A DNA stretch of 32,000 nucleotides from Raphidiopsis brookii D9 (GTDB taxonomy: Bacteria > Cyanobacteriota > Cyanobacteriia > Cyanobacteriales > Nostocaceae): assembly GCA_000175855.1 (NCBI GenBank), contig ACYB01000035.1:210001-242000 (forward strand), in the 5' to 3' direction. A program made the translations under genes and the position numbers. Positions 10,179 to 18,337 of this stretch are shown piece by piece. Every line of letters starts with the position of its first letter. Position 1 is the first letter of the stretch. The notes beneath the pieces were generated by a model. The model did not search any database. It had not been told where the DNA came from and saw nothing but the letters and a program-made list of their open reading frames with translations.

Positions 10179-10701
10179 ATTTTTTGATCCGGTCCGCTTA
10201 ACTTGTAATCCTATCTTCAGCACAGGATTCTTGTGGAAATTTTAGTGGAGGGAGGCGATCGCCCCTAAATATCTCCTCACTAGCAGTTCCCAGGGTTATA
10301 ATCAGCTCACTAGTTACTTTATTTGCTACAAGTAGTAGTAGCATAGATGCTGTACCTATTTGTAGTAAAGGGGAATGGGAAATCGTAGAAGACATGATTT
10401 ATTCTGTGGATTGGTGGTTTTAGAATCACTAGTGACATTGCTAATGACACTGGCAATTATATAGGGTGTGGATTGAGTCCGAACAAAGGAATTCCTTTTG
10501 AGTCCCTGACTGAAAACCATTGACTTATGGGTTAATTCTATGGGGAATTAACCGTCAAGACTATCTTGGCTCATTTCTATAGCTACAAAAGTAACAAAAA
10601 TGTCGAAAAAAAACTGCTCAATATGATGAATCCATGATTTTTTGACAAAAGAGCTGGGGAAACCTTCCAAAAATTAACATGCGGTTACATTTAACTTAAC
10701 A

Positions 10702-13617
10702 ATGACAACACTATTACTAAATCGCCAGCAATCTCTAGTTCGTTGGGTGAGCCAAGCAACAGGAATCAGCACTGTGGGTATTAAAGTCCGTTTTATTGGT
10801 AAACAAATACATATACTTTGTCAAGACACAAAATGCCCAGATTCCCGCGAAACGGTTTGCAATCTACTGACTGCAATGGCAAAAACAGACCTACAGAGTT
10901 TTGCTCAATATCGGGATTCCCCACTGTATGAAGTATTAGTGTACGGTGGGAAAAGGGGAGATGCCAAACCTCAATGGTGTGAGCGAATCTACCTGAATCA
11001 ATTAGATCAACATTGGGAGTGGAACAACAAAGCCTTGTTATTACAGGCTAACCAGTCTCAATTTTTGGATACCAATTTAACCCCATCTAATGAAAATTTA
11101 GCAAGACAAGGAGATATTCAAGCGATATCTAGATATCTAAGTGAAAGTCTAAGCCAATTAGGTGTTTTAGTAGAAGTTAAAAGCAAACCACTAAAATCAA
11201 ATATCGGATCAAAAATTAAAATAGACCAAAATGTTAATCGCCTATGGGTATTTTGTCAATCTACTTACAGTCATGATCCTGGACTATTAGCTGAACCAAT
11301 AGCCCGAAAGTTGCGCCATCTGAACCTAGAAGGTTATCGCGACGCACTAATTGTATCTCAGGTTCTGGGGGAAACAAATCCAGACTGGTTATTGCGAGTA
11401 GATCTAACTTTGGCGGAATCCATGCTTAAACAGTGGGCCCGCTGGGGAGATCTGGAAGCAATCGAGCGACTGCTCAATCATTCTGTATCAGACTTAGGGG
11501 TTTCGGTCACCGTTTCTTTACAACAATTTACCCTGCACACATTTTGTTATTGCAGTGGAGACCCATCCCCAAATTCAACCTGTCCAGAAAAAAGTAAATG
11601 TTTACCCAGAATCACCGAGCAACTGCAAAAAATTTCCCCCCAAGGCATACTATCAGCTACCATCTATGGGCAATCGACAAAGAGTGACCAGCCCAGTTGG
11701 ATAGATTGGATTTCTCTACCCGCTGCACAAAATATAAGTTTATCCATACCTACCCAAGAACTAGCAATATCGGGAGACCAACCAGCAATTATTTTTGTTC
11801 TGGAACGTCTACTTAATCATGACATCGATTGGCGGTTAAAAACGGGCGGAATTCGTATTCTTACTGTACAAAAAGGTCACATCTTACATATTATGTGTGA
11901 TGCCACTACCTGTCCACTCCAAGAAGAGGTAGTTGACAAGGTGACTGAATTCGTCCAACAAATTAGAGCGATCGCTGGTGTGAGAATCTATGGTCGTCGT
12001 GCAGGTGATAGGGAACCCCTTTGGCGCCATGGTGCCAACTTTCACGGGACTAATCCTGGCGATCGCCAGAAAGCATCCACGGAAGAATTAGTGTTAGTAG
12101 ACACACCAAAGTTTGCCCCAATAGTGGAGTATAGAGAATATAATAATACTTTAGTCAGTTATCAGCCTAGTAGTAACTTAACCCCATATATTGGCAGTGG
12201 GACCTGGGTAGAAGAAGAAAGTGAATATCGCTTCATAGGTTTTCATCAACAAATAAAAGAGTTAATAAAAAAGCTACTTTTAACAACTCAAGTATTCATA
12301 CCAATCCAAAACCAAAGGGATACAGATCCAAAAGTAAAGGGAATTTCAGCCGGGTTTTTGTGGTTATTATTAGGAATAATCTTAATTATCCAAAGCGATT
12401 GGGTTCTAGGGAATTTAACCATGGTTCAACAACAATCCCAAGGCACAAAACATAACCAACCCAAAGATTTAAAATTATCTAATAGTTCCCATTCTTCCAC
12501 CAAGTCGAACACGTGGGTATTGAGTCAAGACGATCAGGTTTCATTAGAAGATTCTTCTGCGAACTTACCAAGTTTTAATGCCAAACAATTAGATGCACAA
12601 CTAGCACTATATAGAAAACGATTAAAAACAGATGGCAAACCACCAGATATATTGATCGTTGGTTCTTCTCGCGCATTACGGGGTATTGACCCATCAGCTA
12701 TTACTCAAACCCTAGCCAGTCGTGGATATCCGGAAGTTAGCATTTTTAATCTAGGGATTAATGGATCCACTGCTCAAGTAGTAGAATTTGTGATTTGCCA
12801 AGTCTTGGCACCTGCGGAAGTACCAAAAATAATTATTTGGGGAGACGGTTCCAGAGCATTTAACAATGGTCGTCTAGATATAACTTTTAATGCTATTGCT
12901 GCTTCCCAGGGATATAAAGAGGTATTGAAAAAAGCCAATCAACGAAAAATGAATGAAAACTCATCTGTAGTAAATAAAAACTCTACAGAAAATAAGATTA
13001 CCAATATTACTAACATTAATAGCCAACAGGTAGCAAATCAGATATTAAATGAGTACTTAGCGAATTTATCTTTAGGTTATCAAAAGCGTGAAGAAATCAA
13101 GAAATTATTCTTGGATAACCTGAATAATTTAAACCTAATTCATAACTCTCAAAAGAATAATAACTCCCCTGGTGTAGAAAACAATATTAATCAACTTAAT
13201 GGATTTTTACCCATATCCATGAAATTTGATGCTAAAACCTACTATCAAAAGTATCCTAAAGTGTTTGGTGCTTACGATAATGACTACAAAGATTTTCGCC
13301 TGGAGGGTATGCAACACAACGCATTAAATTCTATTTTACAGTTCACACAAAAACACCAGATAAATCTAATTTTCATTAATATGCCATTAACAACAGACTA
13401 TCTAGATTCCTTCAGGTCTAAATATGAGCGAAAATTCAAACGATATATGTTACGTAATGCTAGACAGAATCCTAATTTGACCTACAGTGATTTCAGTCGC
13501 ACCTGGACAGAAATTGATCAATACTTTTCTGATCCCAGCCATCTGAACCGTTATGGAGCTCGTGAACTTTCCCAGAGATTAGCTACTGATATGATCATCC
13601 CTTGGTTGAAGAAATAA
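10702..13617 (+). CDS. 971-aa membrane-anchored protein: four cytoplasmic repeats, one TM helix, and an SGNH/DUF1574-like (AlgJ/AlgX/DltD-like) outer domain
   Basis: Residues 1 to about 470 contain four copies of one unit (details in the findings). A single TM helix (GFLWLLLGIILII) lies near aa 550. The C-terminal domain has ILIVGSSRALRG, IWGDGSRAFN and DPSHLNRYGA, which resemble SGNH blocks I and V. Its stop TAA (13615-13617) abuts the ATG of the MBOAT gene. Confidence 0.75.
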   Translation: MTTLLLNRQQSLVRWVSQATGISTVGIKVRFIGKQIHILCQDTKCPDSRETVCNLLTAMAKTDLQSFAQYRDSPLYEVLVYGGKRGDAKPQWCERIYLNQLDQHWEWNNKALLLQANQSQFLDTNLTPSNENLARQGDIQAISRYLSESLSQLGVLVEVKSKPLKSNIGSKIKIDQNVNRLWVFCQSTYSHDPGLLAEPIARKLRHLNLEGYRDALIVSQVLGETNPDWLLRVDLTLAESMLKQWARWGDLEAIERLLNHSVSDLGVSVTVSLQQFTLHTFCYCSGDPSPNSTCPEKSKCLPRITEQLQKISPQGILSATIYGQSTKSDQPSWIDWISLPAAQNISLSIPTQELAISGDQPAIIFVLERLLNHDIDWRLKTGGIRILTVQKGHILHIMCDATTCPLQEEVVDKVTEFVQQIRAIAGVRIYGRRAGDREPLWRHGANFHGTNPGDRQKASTEELVLVDTPKFAPIVEYREYNNTLVSYQPSSNLTPYIGSGTWVEEESEYRFIGFHQQIKELIKKLLLTTQVFIPIQNQRDTDPKVKGISAGFLWLLLGIILIIQSDWVLGNLTMVQQQSQGTKHNQPKDLKLSNSSHSSTKSNTWVLSQDDQVSLEDSSANLPSFNAKQLDAQLALYRKRLKTDGKPPDILIVGSSRALRGIDPSAITQTLASRGYPEVSIFNLGINGSTAQVVEFVICQVLAPAEVPKIIIWGDGSRAFNNGRLDITFNAIAASQGYKEVLKKANQRKMNENSSVVNKNSTENKITNITNINSQQVANQILNEYLANLSLGYQKREEIKKLFLDNLNNLNLIHNSQKNNNSPGVENNINQLNGFLPISMKFDAKTYYQKYPKVFGAYDNDYKDFRLEGMQHNALNSILQFTQKHQINLIFINMPLTTDYLDSFRSKYERKFKRYMLRNARQNPNLTYSDFSRTWTEIDQYFSDPSHLNRYGARELSQRLATDMIIPWLKK

Positions 13618-15126
13618 ATGAAATTTACATCTGCACTCTACGGTCTATTTCTAGTAATTGTTCTAATCACTTACTGGAATATTAAGCAACCAAAGTTTCG
13701 TCTGTGGACAATAATTATTTCCAGCATAGTTTTTTACGCCTCCTGGGATGTTCAGTATATACCACTAATAATAGTCCTAACATTTATTAACTTTCGGCTA
13801 GGGTTAGAAATTGCCGAAAAGTCTGCCTCAAATAATTACCCAAAGGAAAACAACAACAACCAAAACTCAGACCAAGATCCAGAAATTATAGAAGGTGACT
13901 GGAATCGCAACAGGCTGAAAATTTTAGCTTTAGGTATTTGTTTAAATGTAGGCTTATTATTAGTTTTTAAATACTCGACCATTCTATCTGAATGGATATT
14001 GATGTGGGATATCACTCCAGAAAATGCCAGTTTTAAGTTGGGTATTCCCCTAGGAATTTCATTTTTTACATTTGAGAATATAGCTTATCTAGTAGATGTT
14101 TATCGAGGAGTACCCCCAGCTGATAACCTATTAAAATTTACGTCCTATAAATTATTTTTTGCCAAACTAATTTCTGGACCAATTACCCGCTACCAACAAA
14201 TATCTTGGCAATTTGATCAGCCAAAAATTAACCATATTTACACATGGACAGAAGGTTTATGGTTAATTGCCAGAGGTGCGGTGAAAAAAGGAGTTTTAGC
14301 CGACAATTTAGGAATTTTCGTAGAATTGTGTTTTAATAATGTACAAAGAGCGGGTAGCACAGATTTATGGTTAGCTACTTTTGCTTACGGTCTTCAACTG
14401 TATTTGGATTTCAACGGTTATGTAGACATTGCCCGTGGTAGTGCTTTATTACTTGGTTTAGTATTACCAGAAAACTTTGATTTTCCCTACTTGAGTGGTA
14501 GTATTGCTGATTTTTGGCGTCGTTGGCATATTACCCTAGGTGACTGGTTACGTAATTACTTATATTTTCCCTTGGGGGGTTCTCGTCGGGGATTATTACG
14601 TACCTGTGTTAACCTATTAATAGTCATGTTAATAGCCGGTATTTGGCATGGTTCCGCATGGGGTTTTGTGGTGTGGGGGGGTTCACATGGTATAGCTTTA
14701 TGTATTCATAGAGTTACAGATGTGGTTAGCAATAATTCCAAGATTTTACGTCTATTTTGGCATCATCCTTTAGGGATAATTTTGGCATGGTTCTTAACTC
14801 AATTGACCGTATTTACCTCTTGGATTTGGTTTCGGTTACCTAGAATTGAAGATTCAGCATTAGTCATGGGAAATCTCTGGGGACACACAGCTGATGTGCA
14901 ATTTATCGAGAAGGTTTATATGGAAGCTCTAAATACTAGTCCTAATCAGGTATTATGGGGTTTAATTTTAATATTTGTCTTCATGATTGTGGCTTATGTA
15001 TTTAAACGAAAACTTCACTTAGAACTGACCTGGCAGTTAAAACTGGTTTTTGTGCCTCTATGTTTTTATGCAGTTTGGTTATTGGCACCTCAAGGAAGTT
15101 TGCCTTATATTTATTTTGATTTTTAA
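13618..15126 (+). CDS. MBOAT family O-acyltransferase (AlgI/DltB/PatA-like)
   Basis: 502 aa and polytopic. It carries the conserved MBOAT core FWRRWHITLGDWLRNYLYFPLGGSRRG and IWHGSAWGF. It is translationally coupled to the upstream gene. Confidence 0.9.
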   Translation: MKFTSALYGLFLVIVLITYWNIKQPKFRLWTIIISSIVFYASWDVQYIPLIIVLTFINFRLGLEIAEKSASNNYPKENNNNQNSDQDPEIIEGDWNRNRLKILALGICLNVGLLLVFKYSTILSEWILMWDITPENASFKLGIPLGISFFTFENIAYLVDVYRGVPPADNLLKFTSYKLFFAKLISGPITRYQQISWQFDQPKINHIYTWTEGLWLIARGAVKKGVLADNLGIFVELCFNNVQRAGSTDLWLATFAYGLQLYLDFNGYVDIARGSALLLGLVLPENFDFPYLSGSIADFWRRWHITLGDWLRNYLYFPLGGSRRGLLRTCVNLLIVMLIAGIWHGSAWGFVVWGGSHGIALCIHRVTDVVSNNSKILRLFWHHPLGIILAWFLTQLTVFTSWIWFRLPRIEDSALVMGNLWGHTADVQFIEKVYMEALNTSPNQVLWGLILIFVFMIVAYVFKRKLHLELTWQLKLVFVPLCFYAVWLLAPQGSLPYIYFDF

Positions 15127-15155
15127 GGAAACATTTTAGTGATAAAATAGTGGGT

Positions 15156-15584
15156 ATGGTTCACCACATCCAAAACTTCGGACCTATTAAATCAGGACTT
15201 ACAGAAAATGAGGGCTTGGTTACAGCTGGTAATACACTAATTATGACCACTCATAGTCCTTACATTATTGACTACCTTACCTTAGCAATTAAAGCACAGC
15301 AGATTTTACAAACTTTTGATAATTTCCCGAAGGGAGAGTTTTTAAAAACTAAACTCAAAAATATTGTTCCTTTGAATTCCTCCATATTTCCAGAAGATTC
15401 AATTGTATACGAGTTAACAGATAGTGGAGAAATTAGAAAACTTTCTACCTATGAAGGACTACCTTCTGATGAAAATTATTTGAATAGTTGTTTGGCAGAA
15501 ACCAATCGATTTTTCAGTGACTTATTAGAAATTGAGGAAGAAATACTATTTTTCCACCCACTCATCAGACAATCCATAAAATAA
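15156..15584 (+). pseudogene. remnant of an ABC-like AAA_15/AAA_21-type ATPase, apparently internally deleted
   Basis: The N-terminus MVHHIQNFGPIKSG matches the first beta-strand of this family (I.NFg.Ik). The sequence then jumps directly to the C-terminal H-loop region NTLIMTTHSPYIIDYL. Walker A, the signature motif and Walker B are all absent. The 3' end overlaps cbiO by 39 nt. Confidence 0.45.
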
Positions 15585-16331
15585 CATTTCACATATTAAT
15601 GGTAAACCCAACTCCAACTCTTCTAATAATCTTCGTTGACTAAATACATCCTGGGGACTTCCTTCCAGCACTAATTTTCCTCTATCCATCACAAAAACCC
15701 AATCCGCCCACCTATAAACTAAATCTAAATCATGAGTTGCCATCACTAATGTAGTTCCATATTCATGAATTTTATTCAGCATTGCTATCAAATTACGAGT
15801 CTGTTTAATATCCAGATATGCAGTAGGTTCATCCAATAATAACAATTCCGGACTTAGTACCAGCTTATCCGCCTTGGAAACCCGCCTTTTTTGTCCTAAA
15901 CTCAGATGATGAGTAGGTGTTTGTGCTAAACCAGTTAGCTCAAATTCCATCAATGCTTTCTCTACCCGCTGTTGAATTTCTACCAACGGTAAACCCAAAT
16001 TACATAAACCATAAGATATATCTTCTTCAACAGTAGCAGCTACTAATTGTTGTTCTGGATCTTGAAACACCAATCCAACTTTCTGTCTTAATCTACCTAG
16101 ATAATTTCGGTTGTAAGTTAACGGTTCACCACACCAACTTACAACCCCACGATTGGGTTTATACAATCCATTAGCTAGTAATAAAAGTGTTGTTTTTCCA
16201 CAACCATTCTGACCAATCAAGGCACACTTCTTACCTGATGGAATTCTCAATGTTAGACTATTCAAAGCTAATTGTTGAGATTCCATATAACTGTAATATA
16301 CTTCTTTAAACTCTAGTAGGTATTCCCGCAT
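15546..16331 (-). CDS. cbiO: ECF cobalt transporter ATP-binding protein
   Basis: Walker A GQNGCGKTT, Q-loop VFQDPEQQL, signature variant LSLGQKRRV, Walker B LLLLDEPTAYLD, H-loop ATHDLD. It is the last gene of the cbiMNQO operon. Confidence 0.9.
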   Translation of the reverse strand: MREYLLEFKEVYYSYMESQQLALNSLTLRIPSGKKCALIGQNGCGKTTLLLLANGLYKPNRGVVSWCGEPLTYNRNYLGRLRQKVGLVFQDPEQQLVAATVEEDISYGLCNLGLPLVEIQQRVEKALMEFELTGLAQTPTHHLSLGQKRRVSKADKLVLSPELLLLDEPTAYLDIKQTRNLIAMLNKIHEYGTTLVMATHDLDLVYRWADWVFVMDRGKLVLEGSPQDVFSQRRLLEELELGLPLICEMLFYGLSDEWVEK

Positions 16332-16332
16332 T

Positions 16333-17118
16333 TTACCAAAAATTTAATCCTATTAACACTACACAACCAACTATTGACTCAATTATATATCGCAGTTGCA
16401 AACGATACCGACGTTGGCGCCAAACCCGAAATTCGCTTACAAAACCTCTTGCTTCCAGTCCCAGAGAAAACTGATTATATTGCTGTAAGCTACGCTGCAG
16501 CAGTTTTCCTATCAGTATTGCTAAACTTTTCATCCCCACACCAACAGTGCGATAACCACCACGAGAAGTTTGTGCCATCCACAATTCATTCGCTGTGCTC
16601 AACAAAATGAAAATAAATCTATACATTAGCAATAATAGGTCCGTTATCAGTATGGGAACCCCTAAATAGCGCAAAATTCCTAGTATTTCTGTAAAAGGAA
16701 TAGTTAGTATCATAAAGTATACACAAGAAGCAGAAGATAAGGATCGAGTTAAAATATTCCATGCCTGGATTGTTCCATTATGACTGATATAAACATAAAA
16801 ATTCCCTAGAGTTATTCCATGCCACGAGTCTAATTTGACACTTTCTATATCAAAAATGCTTACACCATTAACTATGAGAGCTGGTAAACTCATCAAGCCA
16901 AAAACTATGGTCAACATCAACAACTGTAAATAAACCTTGGCTGGAATTCTGGCATAAATAACTGTCCAAATACTCATCCAGATCACAATTAAAATTTGTA
17001 CTCGGGTATCACTAGCTAGAGAAATAGCAAGGGTGGTAACCGCAAAAATAAGTTTATGCCATGGTGATAATTTTCCTAGTCTATTAGTATAAGATAAAGT
17101 ATCTATTTGGTGGATCAT
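16333..17118 (-). CDS. cbiQ: ECF transporter transmembrane (T) component
   Basis: 261-aa polytopic protein between cbiN and cbiO. It has the C-terminal LEARGF arginine-containing motif typical of CbiQ/EcfT. It sits 1 nt from the cbiO start. Confidence 0.85.
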   Translation of the reverse strand: MIHQIDTLSYTNRLGKLSPWHKLIFAVTTLAISLASDTRVQILIVIWMSIWTVIYARIPAKVYLQLLMLTIVFGLMSLPALIVNGVSIFDIESVKLDSWHGITLGNFYVYISHNGTIQAWNILTRSLSSASCVYFMILTIPFTEILGILRYLGVPILITDLLLLMYRFIFILLSTANELWMAQTSRGGYRTVGVGMKSLAILIGKLLQRSLQQYNQFSLGLEARGFVSEFRVWRQRRYRLQLRYIIESIVGCVVLIGLNFW

Positions 17119-17124
17119 CAGAAA

Positions 17125-17439
17125 TTATTTTGCTGGCTTATTCTTAGGGTTTTGCGGTTGGGAACGTCCCTTGTATAACCCAATTGCATAACCAACCACT
17201 CCAGCGCCCAAAGCTGCTTGTAAAGCAAATAATAAACTTTCTATTTCTCCACTAGGAGGTTCAAACAATGATGTAAACCAAGGTTTATATTTAGGTTGTA
17301 TTTCAGTTATTACCTTTTGGGCTTGCTGATCGGCCCCTCCAAATTCACTATCACGAATTAACACTAGTGGTGTCACCGCTAAAATTACTACACCTACTAC
17401 CAAAAGCCAGTTAATTAACCCTTTCTGAGACTGATTCAT
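17125..17439 (-). CDS. cbiN: cobalt transport protein CbiN
   Basis: 104 aa with two TM helices flanking a loop that contains FGGADQQA...KPWF...[21 protein letters not shown], the CbiN pattern. It overlaps the cbiM 3' end by 29 nt. Confidence 0.85.
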   Translation of the reverse strand: MNQSQKGLINWLLVVGVVILAVTPLVLIRDSEFGGADQQAQKVITEIQPKYKPWFTSLFEPPSGEIESLLFALQAALGAGVVGYAIGLYKGRSQPQNPKNKPAK

Positions 17440-18199
17440 TTCCCTTTCCTCCCTTGATTAATTGTAAAAGTTCCAACTCTTGAGGATTATAAGATTGTAG
17501 CCAATTCCACACTAGCAGGGTTAGCAATCCTTCGCTAATTGCTAAAGGAACTTGAGTAATGGCAAAAATTCCAGTAAACTTGACGAATGAGGCCATAAAG
17601 CCACCAACCGGTGCGGGAAAAGCCAGGGCAAGTTGTATAGAGGTAATTATATATGTCAGTAAATCTGCTATCGCAGCTGACAAAAAGATGGCAATTTTCT
17701 CTTTACCACTAATTTTAATTGTCAAATTGTATATCCAATATGCAGCAAAAGGTCCAGCTATGGCCATAGAAAAGGCATTGGCCCCCAATGTGGTTAATCC
17801 ACCATGTGCTAACAGCAAGGATTGAAATAATAGGACCAAGCTACCCAGGACTGACATTGTTAAAGGACCAAATAGTACTGCACCCAATCCAGTACCGGTG
17901 GGATGGGAGGAACTACCCGTAACCGAGGGGATTTTTAATGCTGACAGCACAAAAGCGAAAGCACCAGCCAAACCCAGTAGTAGTTTCAGCTGGGGGTTGG
18001 CCTGAGTAGTGCGAGTTAGACTGCGTAACCCAAGAATAAAAAAGGGTAATGCTACTACCCACCAAAAAACTGCCCACTCTACTGGTAGGAAACCCTCCAT
18101 AATGTGCATGGCGTAGGCGGGCTTTGGCACACTAACTAATATACAGAAACTGACAATTGCTATTAGGGTGGGATTGAATAAACCCCGTTTTACTCTCAC
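17411..18199 (-). CDS. cbiM: ECF cobalt transporter substrate-capture component CbiM (with a cleavable leader)
   Basis: The mature N-terminus MHIMEGFLP, typical of CbiM/NikM, is preceded by a signal-like leader ending in AYA. I prefer the GTG at 18199 ([31 protein letters not shown]). The track start at 18250 is TTG and lies inside the promoter elements described below. Confidence 0.88.
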   Translation of the reverse strand: MRVKRGLFNPTLIAIVSFCILVSVPKPAYAMHIMEGFLPVEWAVFWWVVALPFFILGLRSLTRTTQANPQLKLLLGLAGAFAFVLSALKIPSVTGSSSHPTGTGLGAVLFGPLTMSVLGSLVLLFQSLLLAHGGLTTLGANAFSMAIAGPFAAYWIYNLTIKISGKEKIAIFLSAAIADLLTYIITSIQLALAFPAPVGGFMASFVKFTGIFAITQVPLAISEGLLTLLVWNWLQSYNPQELELLQLIKGGKGNESVSERVN

Positions 18200-18243
18200 A
18201 ATTTCTACCTCACAAACTTTATCCGACTTTTTGGCGATTGCTG

Positions 18244-18273
18244 TTGACAAGCAAATCTTACCTTAACTATACT
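18244..18273 (+). promoter_or_regulatory. near-consensus sigma70-type promoter for the 18338 ATPase gene
   Basis: TTGACA (18244-18249) - 18 nt - TATACT (18268-18273). The predicted TSS is near 18280, about 58 nt upstream of the start codon. It interdigitates with the divergent cbiM promoter. Confidence 0.5.
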
Positions 18274-18284
18274 GTTTAAGTCAA
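18255..18284 (-). promoter_or_regulatory. candidate sigma70-type promoter for cbiMNQO
   Basis: The minus strand reads TTGACT - 18 nt - TAAGAT. This places a TSS near 18248, about 50 nt upstream of the GTG at 18199. Confidence 0.4.
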
Positions 18285-18287
18285 CAA

Positions 18288-18308
18288 ACATTGTTGGTCG
18301 AACAATGT
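18288..18308. promoter_or_regulatory. perfect 8-5-8 inverted repeat ACATTGTT-GGTCG-AACAATGT (operator or 5'-UTR hairpin)
   Basis: Read directly from the sequence. It lies just downstream of the predicted plus-strand TSS and just upstream of the minus-strand -35 element. Confidence 0.4.
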
Positions 18309-18337
18309 AATGCCAGTAAATAAATTATTAGCCACCA

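Noticed and set aside
10352-10365. NtcA-like sequence GTAcctatttgTAG upstream of ppc
   Set aside because: The second half-site is imperfect (TAG instead of TAC). There is no suitably spaced -10 element that I can align, and it sits about 175 nt from the start codon.
10179-10395. The N-terminal extension of ppc ([15 protein letters not shown]) and the 65-aa ORF at 10198-10395
   Set aside because: The extension precedes a good ATG (MSSILYSS) that matches the usual cyanobacterial Ppc N-terminus. The 65-aa ORF lies in the ppc promoter region with no recognisable features.
15840-15905. The unusual cbiO signature region LSLGQKRRVSKADKLVLSPE, considered as a possible local frameshift
   Set aside because: Its length matches the canonical LSGGQKKRVAIAGVLAMKPE segment exactly, and the flanking motifs are in frame. 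It is sequence divergence, not a frame error.
18200-18337. Possible cobalamin riboswitch upstream of cbiM
   Set aside because: I read the minus strand of this interval and found no B12-box-like element and no multi-stem junction. The predicted leader is about 50 nt, far shorter than a cobalamin riboswitch. An Infernal scan would settle the question.
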